Assembly: GCA_002269645.1 (NCBI GenBank)
Contig: NIVC01004148.1
Span: forward strand, 1-57,937
Length of the DNA: 57,937 bases
Direction of reading: 5' to 3'
DNA from: Macrostomum lignano
Lineage: Eukaryota
Below are positions 12,401-25,187 of the stretch, piece by piece. The first letter of the stretch is position 1; every line of letters starts with the position of its first letter. Below the pieces are notes generated by a model. The model saw only the letters and a program-made list of their open reading frames with translations. It was not told the origin of the DNA and searched no databases. The position numbers and the translations under genes were made by a program.

Positions 12401-14076
12401 TGAGTCGAATAAAAAGTCTTACTGCTCTCCGGGAGTGCGCACATCAGAGCAGGCCCAAATGAAACCGTGGCGACAGGCTACGATGAAAAAGCCTGTTACG
12501 TCCAGCTTCCTAGAACTCGTAGTAATGCGAGACGTTTCGCCTGCTGTCCAGTTTGGACACGCACCGCTCGCAGGCGCAATATTTTCAGATGCGACATCGA
12601 CATGCGCAAACGGAAAAGGAAGATCACCAATAGGCACAGAGGCCAAGCCAGGTGCAACTGAGGCTCGATGTTTCCAGCCCATCAGGGCATCTCCGTGCAG
12701 GATTGGGCCCTGAAAAGGAAAAACAATTATGCACATAGTTTGAGATAGTTGAAATATTAAAAATTAACCTCAAGGATACTAAAAATAGTTAAGTAGCATA
12801 GCACACATTGCAAAATCTGAATAAGCTCTCACCAAATCGCCCGTCGTACACATTGCGCAGCTTGTTGGAAACTTTACAATGGACGACATGAACTGTCGAA
12901 AGTAGCCAATAGTGTTATAGCGTTTCAAATCGTAATAGAGATCTCGCTGAAAAATTCGGATTGACGCTGATGATATCTCAAATAATGGGAACCTAACACC
13001 TTAAGTATATACAATAACGGATTATACTGCAGAGAACATAAATAAAACTCACTACTTTCAATTACCAATAAGTACTGCACAAGCATACCTGCGGATGCTG
13101 CCCAAAAGCTAATCGGCGATTTTGTATAGTCGCACAAGCTTTGTCCAAAGATGTGATCCCATTTATCATAATAGAATCCAAGTTAAGTAGCAGTTCACAA
13201 GATATGAATGTAGCACTAGTAGGTGCAGCAGGAAAGAAACCACGGCTGACAAGGAGTGCTGCAGTGTGCAAGACTTCAAGCAGGCTGTATGGTACCCTAA
13301 ATTGTATTAATTAAGAGGTGACTGGTTCATTGATTTGAGCTCGGTCTAACAAAAATGTAATAACAAAAGTATAAATAGATTTTACAATCTCACCTCCATA
13401 GCCGTCGACAATCTGAACGTCTCCAAACACCGCTTCATCGGAGCAGCCGCACGCTAGGGTCACAGCTTGATTTAGAGGAGTTCCATCCTTAAATAGACAT
13501 TAAAGGATAAGACCCTGCTTACTTTTATGCATAGCCCGTAGATGAATTGTAATTAGCTTGACGATAAAACTGATATGTGCCACTAAATAAGAAGTATATT
13601 TTTCCGCATTCTGCATCCCTCGTTCCTATAAGTGGTCAGAGCGTTTAACATAAATTAAGGCTTACTTTAAGAATGGTGTGCACAAGGCCAAGATGACGAG
13701 TGTCAACACAAACAGAGCAGAAATAATCCGCACACTGTGGGCAGTATACGTTGGCATCCTGCGAACATTCAGCACACCGTCCACGTCCATCCTTAAAGAA
13801 GTGCATAAATGCCGCCAATACGTCTGGCTCTGAATTCGGATTCAGAGCCTCCCAGTCGCAGTCTTCACGGATTTCAGAAGTCGGATCCTGACTAAATTCA
13901 GACTGACTGGAAGGACCATCACGTGTAGCATTAGGAACAGAGAGTTGCGACTGCGCAAGAGGTAGGGCGCTAATTATAGATTGCTTTCTGATGCTCTGCA
14001 GATATACAGTGCGCCCATTAATGCACACTTTAAGTCGCTTGCTCGGACGACCCAGGAACAAATAGGATAGAAGCAT
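9426..14076 (-). CDS. KDZ transposase, ~694 aa, 10 exons: 14076-13666, 13487-13394, 13296-13089, ~12976-12833, 12709-12423, 12333-12168, 11998-11824, 11733-11638, 10252-10100, 9775-9426
   Basis: B-box-like CAECSQDANVYCPQCADYFCSVCVDTRH, a CxC cluster (CGC...SC...RGFFP...CAMC), and KDZ motifs LHGDALM, GFFIVACRHG, YDVACKL, VPVFHAYGHESKC and GTGITDGEICERIFS. All junctions are GT/AG and in phase except one missing base near 13270. The exon 4 acceptor is tentative. Confidence 0.88.
10258..11559 (-). mobile_element. Tc1/mariner DD37D (maT) element, copy 1, 1302 bp
   Basis: Perfect 31-bp TIRs (CCGGGTGTCCGGATTGAACGGAAACGCTGCT). TA duplicated at 10256-10257 and 11560-11561. Intact transposase ORF. Confidence 0.96.
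10383..11414 (-). CDS. DD37D (maT) transposase, 343 aa from MAEHEAQ (the open frame extends to 11477)
   Basis: N-terminal HTH, then VFSDEKLF, WQQDGAPAHT and WPPSSPDLNPLD, with 37 residues between the second and third Asp. Confidence 0.95.
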   Translation of the reverse strand: MAEHEAQRRAIAELLCAGKSTSDIREVLNVSRKRIFTVRKLLNDTGDVTKRHGGGRPRTKRTKKTVAAVRAKVNRNPRRSIRRLAREHDMSKTTMSELVKEDLGMVSRVVVPKNLITSKQKVSRLKRCRQLLTWVKNHGSLVRVFSDEKLFTCDQAVNRRNTRYISAASSADTPAHVKYSMKSKHPASIMMLGVVASDGRRCPPIFINPGTKVNAACYQQLLQQHVLPWLHQQYPDGQYVWQQDGAPAHTAATTQQFLADNMANFWPKTMWPPSSPDLNPLDFSIWQRVESEACRSCHSSVEALQAAVRLAWERMDTNYVRKVCQQFRKRLERVIAANGGHFE

Positions 14077-14104
14077 GTAAGATAAAAGAGCTGCGGCAAG
14101 GAGG

Positions 14105-16283
14105 CTATGAAGGATATGGGGTTGGGGCCGGGGGAGATGGAGGGGGGTATGGAGGGTAGGGGGAAAGGCAGGTGCAAGGAGGATAGAGGCATAGAGGGTA
14201 GGAGGCTAGCAGGAGAGTAAGGAGGGCAAGGAGGGTAGGAGGGCAAGGAGGGCAAGGAGGGAAAGGAGGGTATGGAGGGCATGGAGGGTAGGAGCCTAGG
14301 ACTCTAGGAGGAGGCAAGGAGGGTATGGAGGGTATTGAGGGCATGGAGGGTAGGAGCCTAAGAGGAGGCATGGAGGGTATGGAGGGCATGGAGGGTAGGA
14401 GTCTAGCAGGGTGGTAAGAGGGTATGGAGGGTATGGAGGGCATGGAGGGTAGGAGCCTAGGAGGAGGCATGGAGGGTATGGAGGGTAGGAGCCAAGGAGG
14501 AGGCATGGAGGGTATGGAGGGCATGGAGGGTAGGAGCCTAGGAGGGGGTAAGAGGGTATGGAGGGTAAGAAGGGCATGGAGGGTATGGAGGGCATGGAGG
14601 GTATAGAGGGCATGGAGGGTAAGAACCTAGGAGGCATGGAGGGTATGGAGGGTAAGAACGGCATGGAGGGTAGGAGCCTAGGAGGAGGCATGGAGGGTAT
14701 GGAGGGCATGGAGGGTAAGAGCCTAGCAGGAGGATGAGGGTATGGAGGGCATGGAGGGTAAGAGCCTAGCAGGAGGATAAGAGGGTATAGAGGGTAGGAG
14801 GACAAGGAGGGTATGGAGGGTATAGAGGGCATGGAGGGTATGGAGGGCATGGATGGTAGGAGACTAGGAGGCATGGAGGGTATAGAGGGCATGGAGGGTA
14901 GGAGCCTAGGAGGCATAGAGGGTATGGAGGGCATGGAGGGTAAGAACCTATGAGGCATGGAGGGTATGGAGGGCATGGAGGGTATGGAGGGTAAGAAGGA
15001 CATGGAGGGTAGGAGCCTAGGAGAGTAGAGACATGGAGGACATGGAAGGCATAGAGGAAAGGAGCCTAGGAGGAGACATAGAGGGTATGGAAGGCATGGA
15101 GGGTAGGAGCCTAGCAAGAGAATAAGAAGATATGGAAGGTAGGAGCCAGCAGGTGGGGAAGGAGGGTAAGGAGGGTATAGACTATAGAGGGTAGGAGCCT
15201 AGTAAAAAGAGAAGGATATTGAGGATATGGAGGATAGGAGCCAGCAAGAGGATAAGAGGTCAAGAGGATATATATTATAGAAGGTAAGACCCAGTAGATG
15301 GGAAAGGAGGATATAGAGGATAATGAGGGCATAGTGTTTGGTGGATTAGAACCTAGCAATAGGGTAAGGAAAAATATATAGAAGGTATAGAGGATAAAAG
15401 CCTAGTAGGAGAGCAATAAGGATATGGGAATCCTTAGGAGGTTAGGAGAGGTTAGGGGGCTAGTAGGAAGGCAAGGAAGGCAAGGAGGATATAGGGATAT
15501 AGAGAGTAGGAGCCTAGCATAAGGATAAGGAATATATTGGTAGTATAGACAATAAAAGGACAATATAATATAGATATACCCTATCTGTCCCCTTCTAGGA
15601 CTATAGTCTAGACTCCTATTCTGTCTTCCTTTTCAAAGTTTTTAGCTATAGTTAAGTTAATCCATGACCATATTAATATTTCAAAAGTTTTCCTAATATA
15701 AATTAAGGAAAGAAGTCTTCTATAAGGTCTAGAAGAATTTAAGAATTTAAGAATTTTGCAGAAATAATCAAATATATAGACAATAAATTAAAATCAATTC
15801 TTCCTATTTTGGTCTAAAGGTTTCAAACAATTTTTAGGTAGGCCTAACTTGAAGAAGTTTTGCAGTTTGTCACTCTTAGGTAACATTAATAATATTAATA
15901 TTTTATTGGTTAGAGTAAATGGTGATGAATTTGTAAAAGCACCCAAGTAAAAGCATTAATTAATATTTGTCATAGTTATAAAAACCTGTAGCCTGTATAC
16001 AAAAACTCTCCACACTGAGGGGAGCCTTGACCTCGAGTAAAGTTTCAAACACATGAAGCACAAGCATAATATATATTTTATGCAAATGAATACGCTAGGC
16101 CAGTTCTATACATTTAGCAACGTGAAATTCAAATAAACGCAAAACATGCTCAATTTAAAAGCATTATGCCCCGATTATATCGGGATGATGACATGTTGCC
16201 GACATTCCCGCCATGTTTTCAACCCGATAACATCGGTAAAAAATGGTACATCTACTCCCGATAAGATCGATGCCACTCGGGTG
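14105..16283 (-). repeat. Right terminal inverted repeat of the KDZ element (G-rich minisatellite on + strand, ~14150-15520)
   Basis: Reverse complement of the left TIR. The repeat-derived translations of ORFs 1382(+) and 15117(-) are identical for ~150 codons. Confidence 0.9.
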
Positions 16284-16628
16284 CGATTATTTATCAGAGT
16301 TAGCACAATTAGGTTGAAAATTTTAAACAAAACTTTTTCTACTTTAGCAACCTCTTAAAATTTTTAAAATGAGGTTTTTAGAATTTTAATGTAAAAATTG
16401 CTTCTTGTTAGATAAAGCGGAAAGGTAGCGGCAAATAGAATTTTCCTTTTTTATATGAACTCTAAAATTCTGTTCTTAGACTGTGTAATGGCTTTCTGCA
16501 TTCTGCATTCTTTGATTTCTCAGGACAGTAGTGTATCTCCGATTTAATAATAATCAGAGCGATATCGTATTTTTTACCTGAATAAACGACTCCCACCGCA
16601 TCAAAATAAAAAGCATTAAAAACTAAAA

Positions 16629-19600
16629 ATGGGTATTTTTTGTTACTACTATTTGCCAGATAATGTGATTCGCGGTTTTGATTCTTACAAGGTAAGTCAA
16701 TTAAGTGTTTCCATTACCTATCTAAATGTACTAAATATTATACTATATGCATAATAGAACCTCTTGAGTACTAGTTATTGAATACGTTCACATCATTATA
16801 ATATTTGGGTTATGTCATATGATTATGATCTGCATTTTTTGTGTGTAGAGCAGGCGCCGTGGAATGAGTTTTTGCCAAGGGGGGCAGGACCAAGTTTCCG
16901 AAACTCAAGCCCAGACCCTGTCTTGGACAGTGACCAAAAATTTGAGCAAAATTATGCTGTTGAACGGTATTTGAGGGGGGGGGCAATGTCCCCCCAACTC
17001 AATGTCGGGGGGCAGCTTCCCCCCCTGCCCCCCTGTTCTGCAGCGCCTGGTGTAGAGTACTAGAGTATGCATATACATTATGCACCCTAAATTTTGAAAT
17101 TACATGCACCCTGAAATTGAAAAGTGGGTGCAGTTTAGGTGCAGTCTCACAACCTATTTTTTCCTTCTGAAGCATCATTTAATAAGACAATTTGCACTTC
17201 AAGACTTAAAGTTGCACCCTATAATTGGGCATGGCCATGGTGCAATTTCGCACCTTGTCTCTGGCAAGAAAAGAACCCAGGAACTTTATGACCTAATCTT
17301 TTGTTTGGCAGGCATTGTTGTATGCTTAGGCCCTACAAACTAGTGCTATAAGGATATATAGTACTATTAGAATTGCTTATATGAATAAGACTAATGAGAA
17401 TTTTAGGGCAATTAAGATAGGTAGTTGTTATAACTTATTTGTTTGGTGACCGGACGAATAGCATTGTGGTTATTTGTCTGGTTACTGGATCCTGACCATG
17501 CTTTCTTATTCATCTGGTTAATACTGGACAAATAGACATTTTGTTATTTTTTGTTGGCCGAAAGCCAACATGGGCTAGAAAGTATTTACGAGTAAATAAG
17601 TTAGACTCCCATGCATTTTGAAATTTCACATTTTTTTGATAAAAATGCTCTTGTTTTGCAACCACTGTACCAATTGAGTTGAGTAAGGTATTAAGTGCTT
17701 CTGGGAGATCTCAAAATACTAGCACACCTTACAAGATATGGCTTCGACATCTGGGGATCAAAGTTGTCAAACTAAATTTCCTACAAAATGGTATATGGTA
17801 CTTTAATTTTCTTTTGGCGTCTTTATGCAATTCTGGTCGGTTTTTTGGGTAAAACCTTCATTTTATTATTTCACCAATTTTTCCTATGAAGCTTTTTAAG
17901 TTTGGGCTTCAAAGCAGTGCTGGATGCACAATGAAAAAATCTACAAGTATCTAAAGTTTTGTTTCCCTACAATTCTGCAGTGTTGAAAAAATCAACAAGA
18001 ATTGATTTTTCAAAAAATCACATGACTTTCGCATTATTGCTTATTATAATTTTGAGAACATGGTGCAAATAAGTCAATTTCAAATTTCTATAGCATAGTT
18101 GCTATACTATATTGGTTTAAATTGCCGCCGTCTGATTTTGCTGCTTTTGGGTTGAAAAATTGATCAGAAATCGATAATTTGTGATTTTTGGCTGATTGGG
18201 TGCCAGAAAAATGGGTGATTACATTTTTAAAAGAATGGTAGATCAAATGCGGATACTGCAACAAGTTGTACTAAGGTCTCGCTAAAATTGACTAAGTTTT
18301 TGAGTGTCTGCAACAAGTGCTCATGTGTCAAAAATGATTGATAATCAATCAAAGTAGTGATTTTTTAATATTTTGCTTGAAATCAGGCAAAAAACACAAT
18401 AGGACGGCAATATTTTAATGACGCCTGATTTCCCACATAAAGAGGCATATTTGTGTGCAATTTCTAGAGATTTAGTTCATTGGGTAAAAAATTATTGATA
18501 AAAAACTGAAAACTTGACTTTTTATTTTTATGTTAGTTCTGGGGCTATTTAAACTGGAAATGGTACAAATTTTGCACTGAAACCAATGCACAGTGTTCCA
18601 TATAGTTAATTTAACAAATTTCTTGAATTTCATAACCATTGGATGTTTTTTTCATATAAAAAATACCTTTTTTGCATCTAAATTCATCACATTAAGCTGC
18701 ATACTGCTTTGCATAATCTGCATTTGCATGCAATTGCTTGCATGGCTTTGGCATTGGGCTGAGTTAAGCTGGTTAGAAAGGAAAGGAAAGGAAAAGAAAG
18801 GAAGGAATAATCATACATACAATATACACACCCGTCCCTTCCAAGTGGGGTTGTGGCAACGCGAGAGAGCTTGGTGGCTTGGTTTGGAGGGCGTGTAATA
18901 GAGCTTCGTTTGACTCGCGCACAGACCAAGGGAAATTAGATCAATAAATGGGCGTCACGTGATTAAAATTTCGTATTAAATTTAGCTCTTTAACTGCACA
19001 TTTGAATTGCAAGCCCAGTACAAAGTTTGTTGGGCGCAAGATCCAAGTCACTACATGTACAATCCTCCCCCCCAACTAAAAAGTCAGGCAATATGGCTTC
19101 TGAAGTAGGTATGTACAGTGTTTTGGAAAGACTTTATTTATAGCTTTCTTTGCAACTCTGTTAGAGAATGAAGAGCCTTAGGATAACTTAAGTGTACTAT
19201 CTGATTGAGTTGAGAGTACAAGGTTTATGTTTATGTCCCACAAAACTGGCCTGACTTTCCAAGCATTTAAGCTGATGCTAAGAGGAGCATGCGCCAAAAC
19301 AACCAGCTTAATGAGGTGGTATATAACCCTGCTATGCTCTGTAGACTTTAGTCATTAGAATTTTTTTATATCAGGGCCTTCTAGAGCCTATTATAGAAGA
19401 CTTGATTCCAGCTCATGGCTGCAGGTCAGATGAGAGAGAAAGGGAATAGAGAAGAGATAAGACTAAAGAGAAGATAGGAGATAAGACGAGAGCTAGAGGT
19501 GAGAGGAGAGGAGAGGGGAGACTAGAGAGAGTAGAGAGAAACAGAACAGACAAAGAGAGAAAATAGGAGAAGTAGAGATTTACATTTTTATTGAGCTTCT

Positions 19601-22600
19601 AAAAGTTCTTTTTAATCAGTACAAAACTAGGTTTATCAAAGTAGTATAAAGACCCACGTCTAAAAAGAAGCCCATTCACTGGTGGCAAAAAGACGTGTGG
19701 ATCTTCATACTACTTGTATATAAGAAAATATTAATCAGTATATGAGAAAAGGTCTTAAAAATCTAGAATATTCATCACAAAACAAATAAGATACTTGTGT
19801 TAACAATTTAACCAGACAAATAACAACTGCCATTAAGATAACCCTTAATATTTCATGTCATGTTATCTTGTGAGGGATGGAGATGGTTAACAAAAATGAG
19901 AGCAGAGAAAATTAAAAAAAGAGAGATTAGAAAAAAGGATTATTGTCATTTTGAAAGAAAGATTGAAAAATATTTTTTTTCTTTATTCATACATGCACAA
20001 CAGCTGGCCAAGTGATTGGCCGACCAATTTGGCAGCCAACCAAGGAAGTTGCAAAAATGCCCACCCAAAAAAATAACCAAGTAGTAGTACTAAGTATCTG
20101 ACATGGCATTTTGGCTTAATAGGACTCTTGCCATTTACCCAAAGTTGTGTTAATGTTTATTTAGGTTTTTTACATGTAAGTCACATTTTTGGCCAAAAAG
20201 TACATTGCATTTTTGTTAAAACTAAGTTGCATGGCCAACTGAATTTCAGAGGTTGCACATGTATGTCTATATTAATAAGTTTAGGCCTATGACTAAGCCC
20301 AAATTGTGGAAGGTTTTCTGTGTACGCCGTACACATTTTCATTGAATTTTCAATCATATGCCAACAAATTTTAAATGTATGCCAAATTTCTTAATGTATG
20401 CCAACATAACCAGAAGTCAGAACCAGAACAGTATATTACAATTAAAAACAGTTTAATGGTAAAAAAATTGATGAATATTTAAATTTAAATTTAAACTACA
20501 AAAAATTGATAATGACATGATGATTGTGGTGACAATTCCAGTAATTAAAATGATTAGTAAATGAGAAAATAGTAGCAGAAAAAAGGTTTTTGAAATAACT
20601 TGACATAGAAAAATGCACGAAAAGTTCTTTATATTAATTTGTATGCCAGTTATGTATGCCACACTGTATGCCACATTGTACATAGCCAAGAAATGTATAA
20701 TAGTGTACGCCATAGAACTCAAGTGTACACCATAGAACTCAAGTGTACGCCAGAAAATTCTGGTGTACACCCTTTCTTTTGCAATATGGGACTAGGCCCT
20801 ATTATGTACTGACTTTCAATTTAAGCTTCATTGCAATAGGATATCCTTTTCAAGATGGATTTTATCAATACAACCTTGAATAGGTCTTTATGCCTCTATT
20901 CAAGTTTATATTGATACAATCAATCTCTATGAAGAATCTCCCCACCCTAAAACAACCTATTTCCCATGCTATAATAATTGGTCATTGATCTTTTTGACAT
21001 AGTCACCTCCCCCCTTCTAAGACTAGAATTTATCAATATAATCTTAAATAGGGGTCTCCCTAAAATGTGTACCACACTGCCTTGCAATGTTACATATTAT
21101 AAATTTCTTTGTTAATGTAGATTGCAGTATTTGATTATAGAAAAAAACTATTTGTTGTAAGATAAACAGAATAAATACCTTTCATTAGTATATTAAATAT
21201 TATTATTATTTTTCTTATTCTTGTTTCCATTGTTATTATTATTTTATTATAGCATTTTCCAAGCCAATTAAGCTTAGGAGCAAGCAATTTAATCCTTAGT
21301 GGGAAAATCAAGCTATTGAAGACTGGTTTTTGATTGTCTATGGCCCGGAAGGGGTCTATGGAGCAACCAATCTGAGAATTCTTTTCATAGTGCTCATACA
21401 CTCAGCAACATTGAAAAGTTTCTACCCTAGCACGCAAAAGGTCAACATTTTGGTAGGTAGAGATATTCATGGTTTGAACCATAAACAGTTGCAGCCTCGA
21501 CTCTTGCAATTGTTGTTGGATGGTTTGGGCACTTAGGATATTCCCTCGCCTGCTTCTTTTAGCCCACATTAGCTGTAGCAAGGTGGCTGGCAACGTGGGG
21601 CTCATACATGTGTAAACTCCAAAATTTGGTTGGCCGTGCGACTTAGTTTTAACGAAAATGTGATACAGTTTTTGGCCAAAAATGTGACTTGCATGTAAAA
21701 GAAGCCCTAAAGCAAGGTTAGTGTAACTTTGGGTAATTGGCAGAAGTAACTAAGACTGTCTTATTAAGGCAAAATGCCTCATCATCTACTTAGTACTACT
21801 TTAGTATTAATTTGGATGGGCATTTTTGCAACTTACCTTGGTTGGCCACCAAATTGGTCGGCCAGATTGGCCGACTCAGCTGACTATTGCACATGTATGG
21901 TGGGGCTTCCCTTTACCATTCGCAACAATTGCAGATGTCTGCCCTCCTAGTTGTACTGCACATATTGAGCTGCTAGCCACGCGTAGCATGTGCCACGCTG
22001 CCCATTTCTCTGTACTTGATCTGCAGTTTGCGGATTGCTATGTATGACTATCCAATTTGGTGAGCAACAGCTTGGATAGACATCCCAGTGTCTAGCATGC
22101 CAATGGCGCGCTCGTTCCAGGTCAGTCATTTGGCAAACCATTGCATCCAGTTGCAAACATGGATTTTAGACTCCTGTAAGCTGCTGCTATCTGTTCCATG
22201 GACTGTTTCTTTCAACTTGTCTGGCATCTATGCCCCAAGTTTTTGTCTATGGCCCAAGTGCATGTTGAAAAAATCATCATTTGTCTATGGCACAAGTCTG
22301 GCAACAAAAACCAGTTTTGAAACTCTAAATATACATGTCTAGCGTGAGGGTAGAAACTTTCAATGTTGCTGAGTGTATATCCTTTACAAATAACTTCACT
22401 GAAATAATATCTGCAAAAAATGATTAACATTAACACTTTGATTTCAGAGAAACCAATCAAAACAGGCCTGTTACTTCATAGCAACACCTGCTAGAATACA
22501 CTTTTCTCTTTACATCTAGCCATTGCAAAATGTGCTCAGCACTATCACCTCTCTCAATGGTAGCAACAATCAGGTTGCACTTTTCGTTGCTTATCTTGTG

Positions 22601-25143
22601 ATAGGGTTCTTGCCCTGCAGGATTCTGCTCATCCACTGCATCTTGGGCTATAGCAAAACTTTTATCACTGCTCTGCTCACTAAATTTTGTCTGCTATATC
22701 AATGTTTGTCTAATGAAATGTTTGTCTATGGTTGCTCCATAGACCCTTCTTTTGGGCCATAGAAAATGAAAAGAAAGTCTTCAATAGCTTGATTTTCATA
22801 CTAAGGATTTAATTTAAAGTAAAAAAATAAATTGAATAAAAACTTGAACACACATGTGCAACCTTGGGAATCACTTGGCCATTTCTATTGGCAACACATA
22901 TGTAAATTGCTATTGGACAGAATAGTAGTCACATGACTACTTTCAGCCAACAGCGACTTACAAGGTTGGCCAAGTAAATTCCAAGGTTGTGCCCAAGCAT
23001 GAACTTGAAGCTTAAATAGACAATTCATTTTGAAATGTCTTTAGTTATAGTCCAATTTGTTTTAATGTGTAGCACTATGAGGTAGTGCAATACATGTTTT
23101 AGGAAGACCTTTTGAATAGGTCTCCATGCCTCTATTCAACTTTACATTGATAAAATCAATCCTCATAAAGAATCTCCTCATCCTAAAACCCCTTATTTCC
23201 CACACCCTAGTGGTTGGTCATTGATCCTTTTTTGGTATGGTTGACCCTCTTCTAAGACTAGAATTTATCAATATAATCTTGAATAGGTCTTCATGCCTCG
23301 TTTAGTTTACATTGATAGAACCATCTTTATTAAGAATCTCCCTACCAAAAAACCTCCCATTCCCCATGCCCTGTTGTTGGCTTGTTAAAACAAAGCTCAA
23401 ATTTGAAATCAGCATTATCAAAAACCTTTATAGAGATAAAATTATCATCCTATCAAAACTGCAACTAATTTATCAATATAAACTTGAAGAAGTCTTTCTA
23501 TATACCAATAGATCCTCTATATAGGCCTCTCTATATACCAAGTTATATACCAATGGTATATTCTAAGTCCCTCTATACACTAGAATTTTCTCGCATACAT
23601 GTATACTATCTGAAGTCTAGCCAAGAACTAATATTTTGTGATTCTATCTTTAATAGCAATCACCTATTGAAAAATTGCGTCTTCCATGCAAAATCTCTTT
23701 AACTCAACTAGATTTCTAAGTCTGTAAGCTTGAATAGTTTTCTTTAAATTAAACCAAAGATTTTTCAATAATCTTCTTAGCCTTGACTTAGCCAGTTTCT
23801 TAGCTTTAGTTTTTTATTCTTAAACCATGCCTAAGTAGATTTACTGATATGCTTAGGGTTATTATCTTGTTATACTTGCTATTATACTTGTTAATGTGCT
23901 ATAATCCAGTACCAAAATGTTTAAAATTGTTCAATTAATAGTCAAATGAGTCAATGAGCAATTGGCAACTTAAAGCAAAGGCTTGATTTTTTGCCTAATA
24001 TTGATTGATTGATCTCATTTAAGCATCTAATGCAAGTATGCAGTTATATGCAAGTATAAAAATTCATAAATATACTTTTATATTAATGAAGCCAAACTCC
24101 AATACTTGCATTTCATTTTATAAAGTTCATACTGAAAGTATAGGTTGGTCATAAAAAATGAGAAAAGAAGGAATTATATTGTAATATATTTGTGAACTTT
24201 TGTTTTTAAATCAATTCTGCTAAAATCTAGTCTTACAGATTTACAAACCCAGTTTATCTTAATATAATATTGCTACAAAAACTTCTTGCAATTGTAGAAT
24301 ATGATAATTTAGAAGTATCCTACTATGACTACCTATAGTAGAATTGATCCCCATTGTTAAATGTGGTTTTTAGCTAATGCTAGTATAGTTCAGCCCTGGG
24401 TTTGTACTCTGCTGAGTATAGGGTGGGTCCACTATGACACTAGCTAGAATTGGAATGGCTCCTATCAGAGGGAATACTATTACAAGTCTACTTTATACTC
24501 TAACTATACTGGTTTTACCTTCCAAAGTGCCAAAGCCCAGTCACTATCGTTAGTTCTTTAACGATAAAGATGCTTAATTACTCTTTGTTTCAGTTCATCG
24601 AGCTGTAAAATGAGTGCCAGCATTAGCTGGGGAATTGGAGGTGTGTGGCAACCCCCAGTCCTTAGACTAGACAGCCATATATAGCCTTCAGGGGGCCGTA
24701 GCCCAGCGGTAGCGCAGGCTCTGGTGTGCCAGCGAACCAGGCTCGATTCCAAGTGCAGTCACATTAATTTGGGACTGAATTGGAATCTCTGCTTGGCTCT
24801 GCTCGTGCAATTAACAGCCTTGAGAGCCAACCCCCAAGGCGCAGTGAAGTGTACATGCCTAACGATAATATAAAGTTAGGGCCGCTGTACACTCCTGTGT
24901 GAGTGTGTGCCTGTGTACAAATCCGCGCGCTTGTATGCCTGCTCAGGGGAGTTGGCGGAATGGGCAGTAATGCCTCTCGCCGGTTGTGTGCCTACATGTA
25001 CTGGTATGTCGCTTAAGTGCGCCAGGGTGCACACAACCCTCTGCCTCTAATAAAAAAAATATACAGCCTTCAGATGCACAATGCAATGGATGCACATGCT
25101 GAGCTGTCAGTTGCACATGTGCCCATCAGGGCAGGTGTAATCA

Positions 25144-25187
<44 letters not shown>

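Larger units (their letters stand above)
220..16283 (-). mobile_element. Complete KDZ (Kyakuja-Dileera-Zisupton) superfamily DNA transposon, ~16.06 kb including a nested 1.3-kb maT element
   Basis: CGATTATT lies at 212-219 and again at 16284-16291 (8-bp TSD). The termini are CACCGAGTGGCATCGATCTTATCGGGAGTAG on the left and the reverse complement on the right, with one extra C. The interior encodes a KDZ transposase. An 8-bp TSD is the known Zisupton signature. Confidence 0.9.

Noticed and set aside
13522-13625. Extra KDZ exon (ERGMQNAEK...) between exons 1 and 2
   Set aside because: Including it shifts the next exon into a stop. Direct exon 1-2 splicing is in phase.
24691-24765. Functional tRNA gene
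   Set aside because: The acceptor stem cannot pair and the anticodon arm is irregular. It fits a SINE head better.
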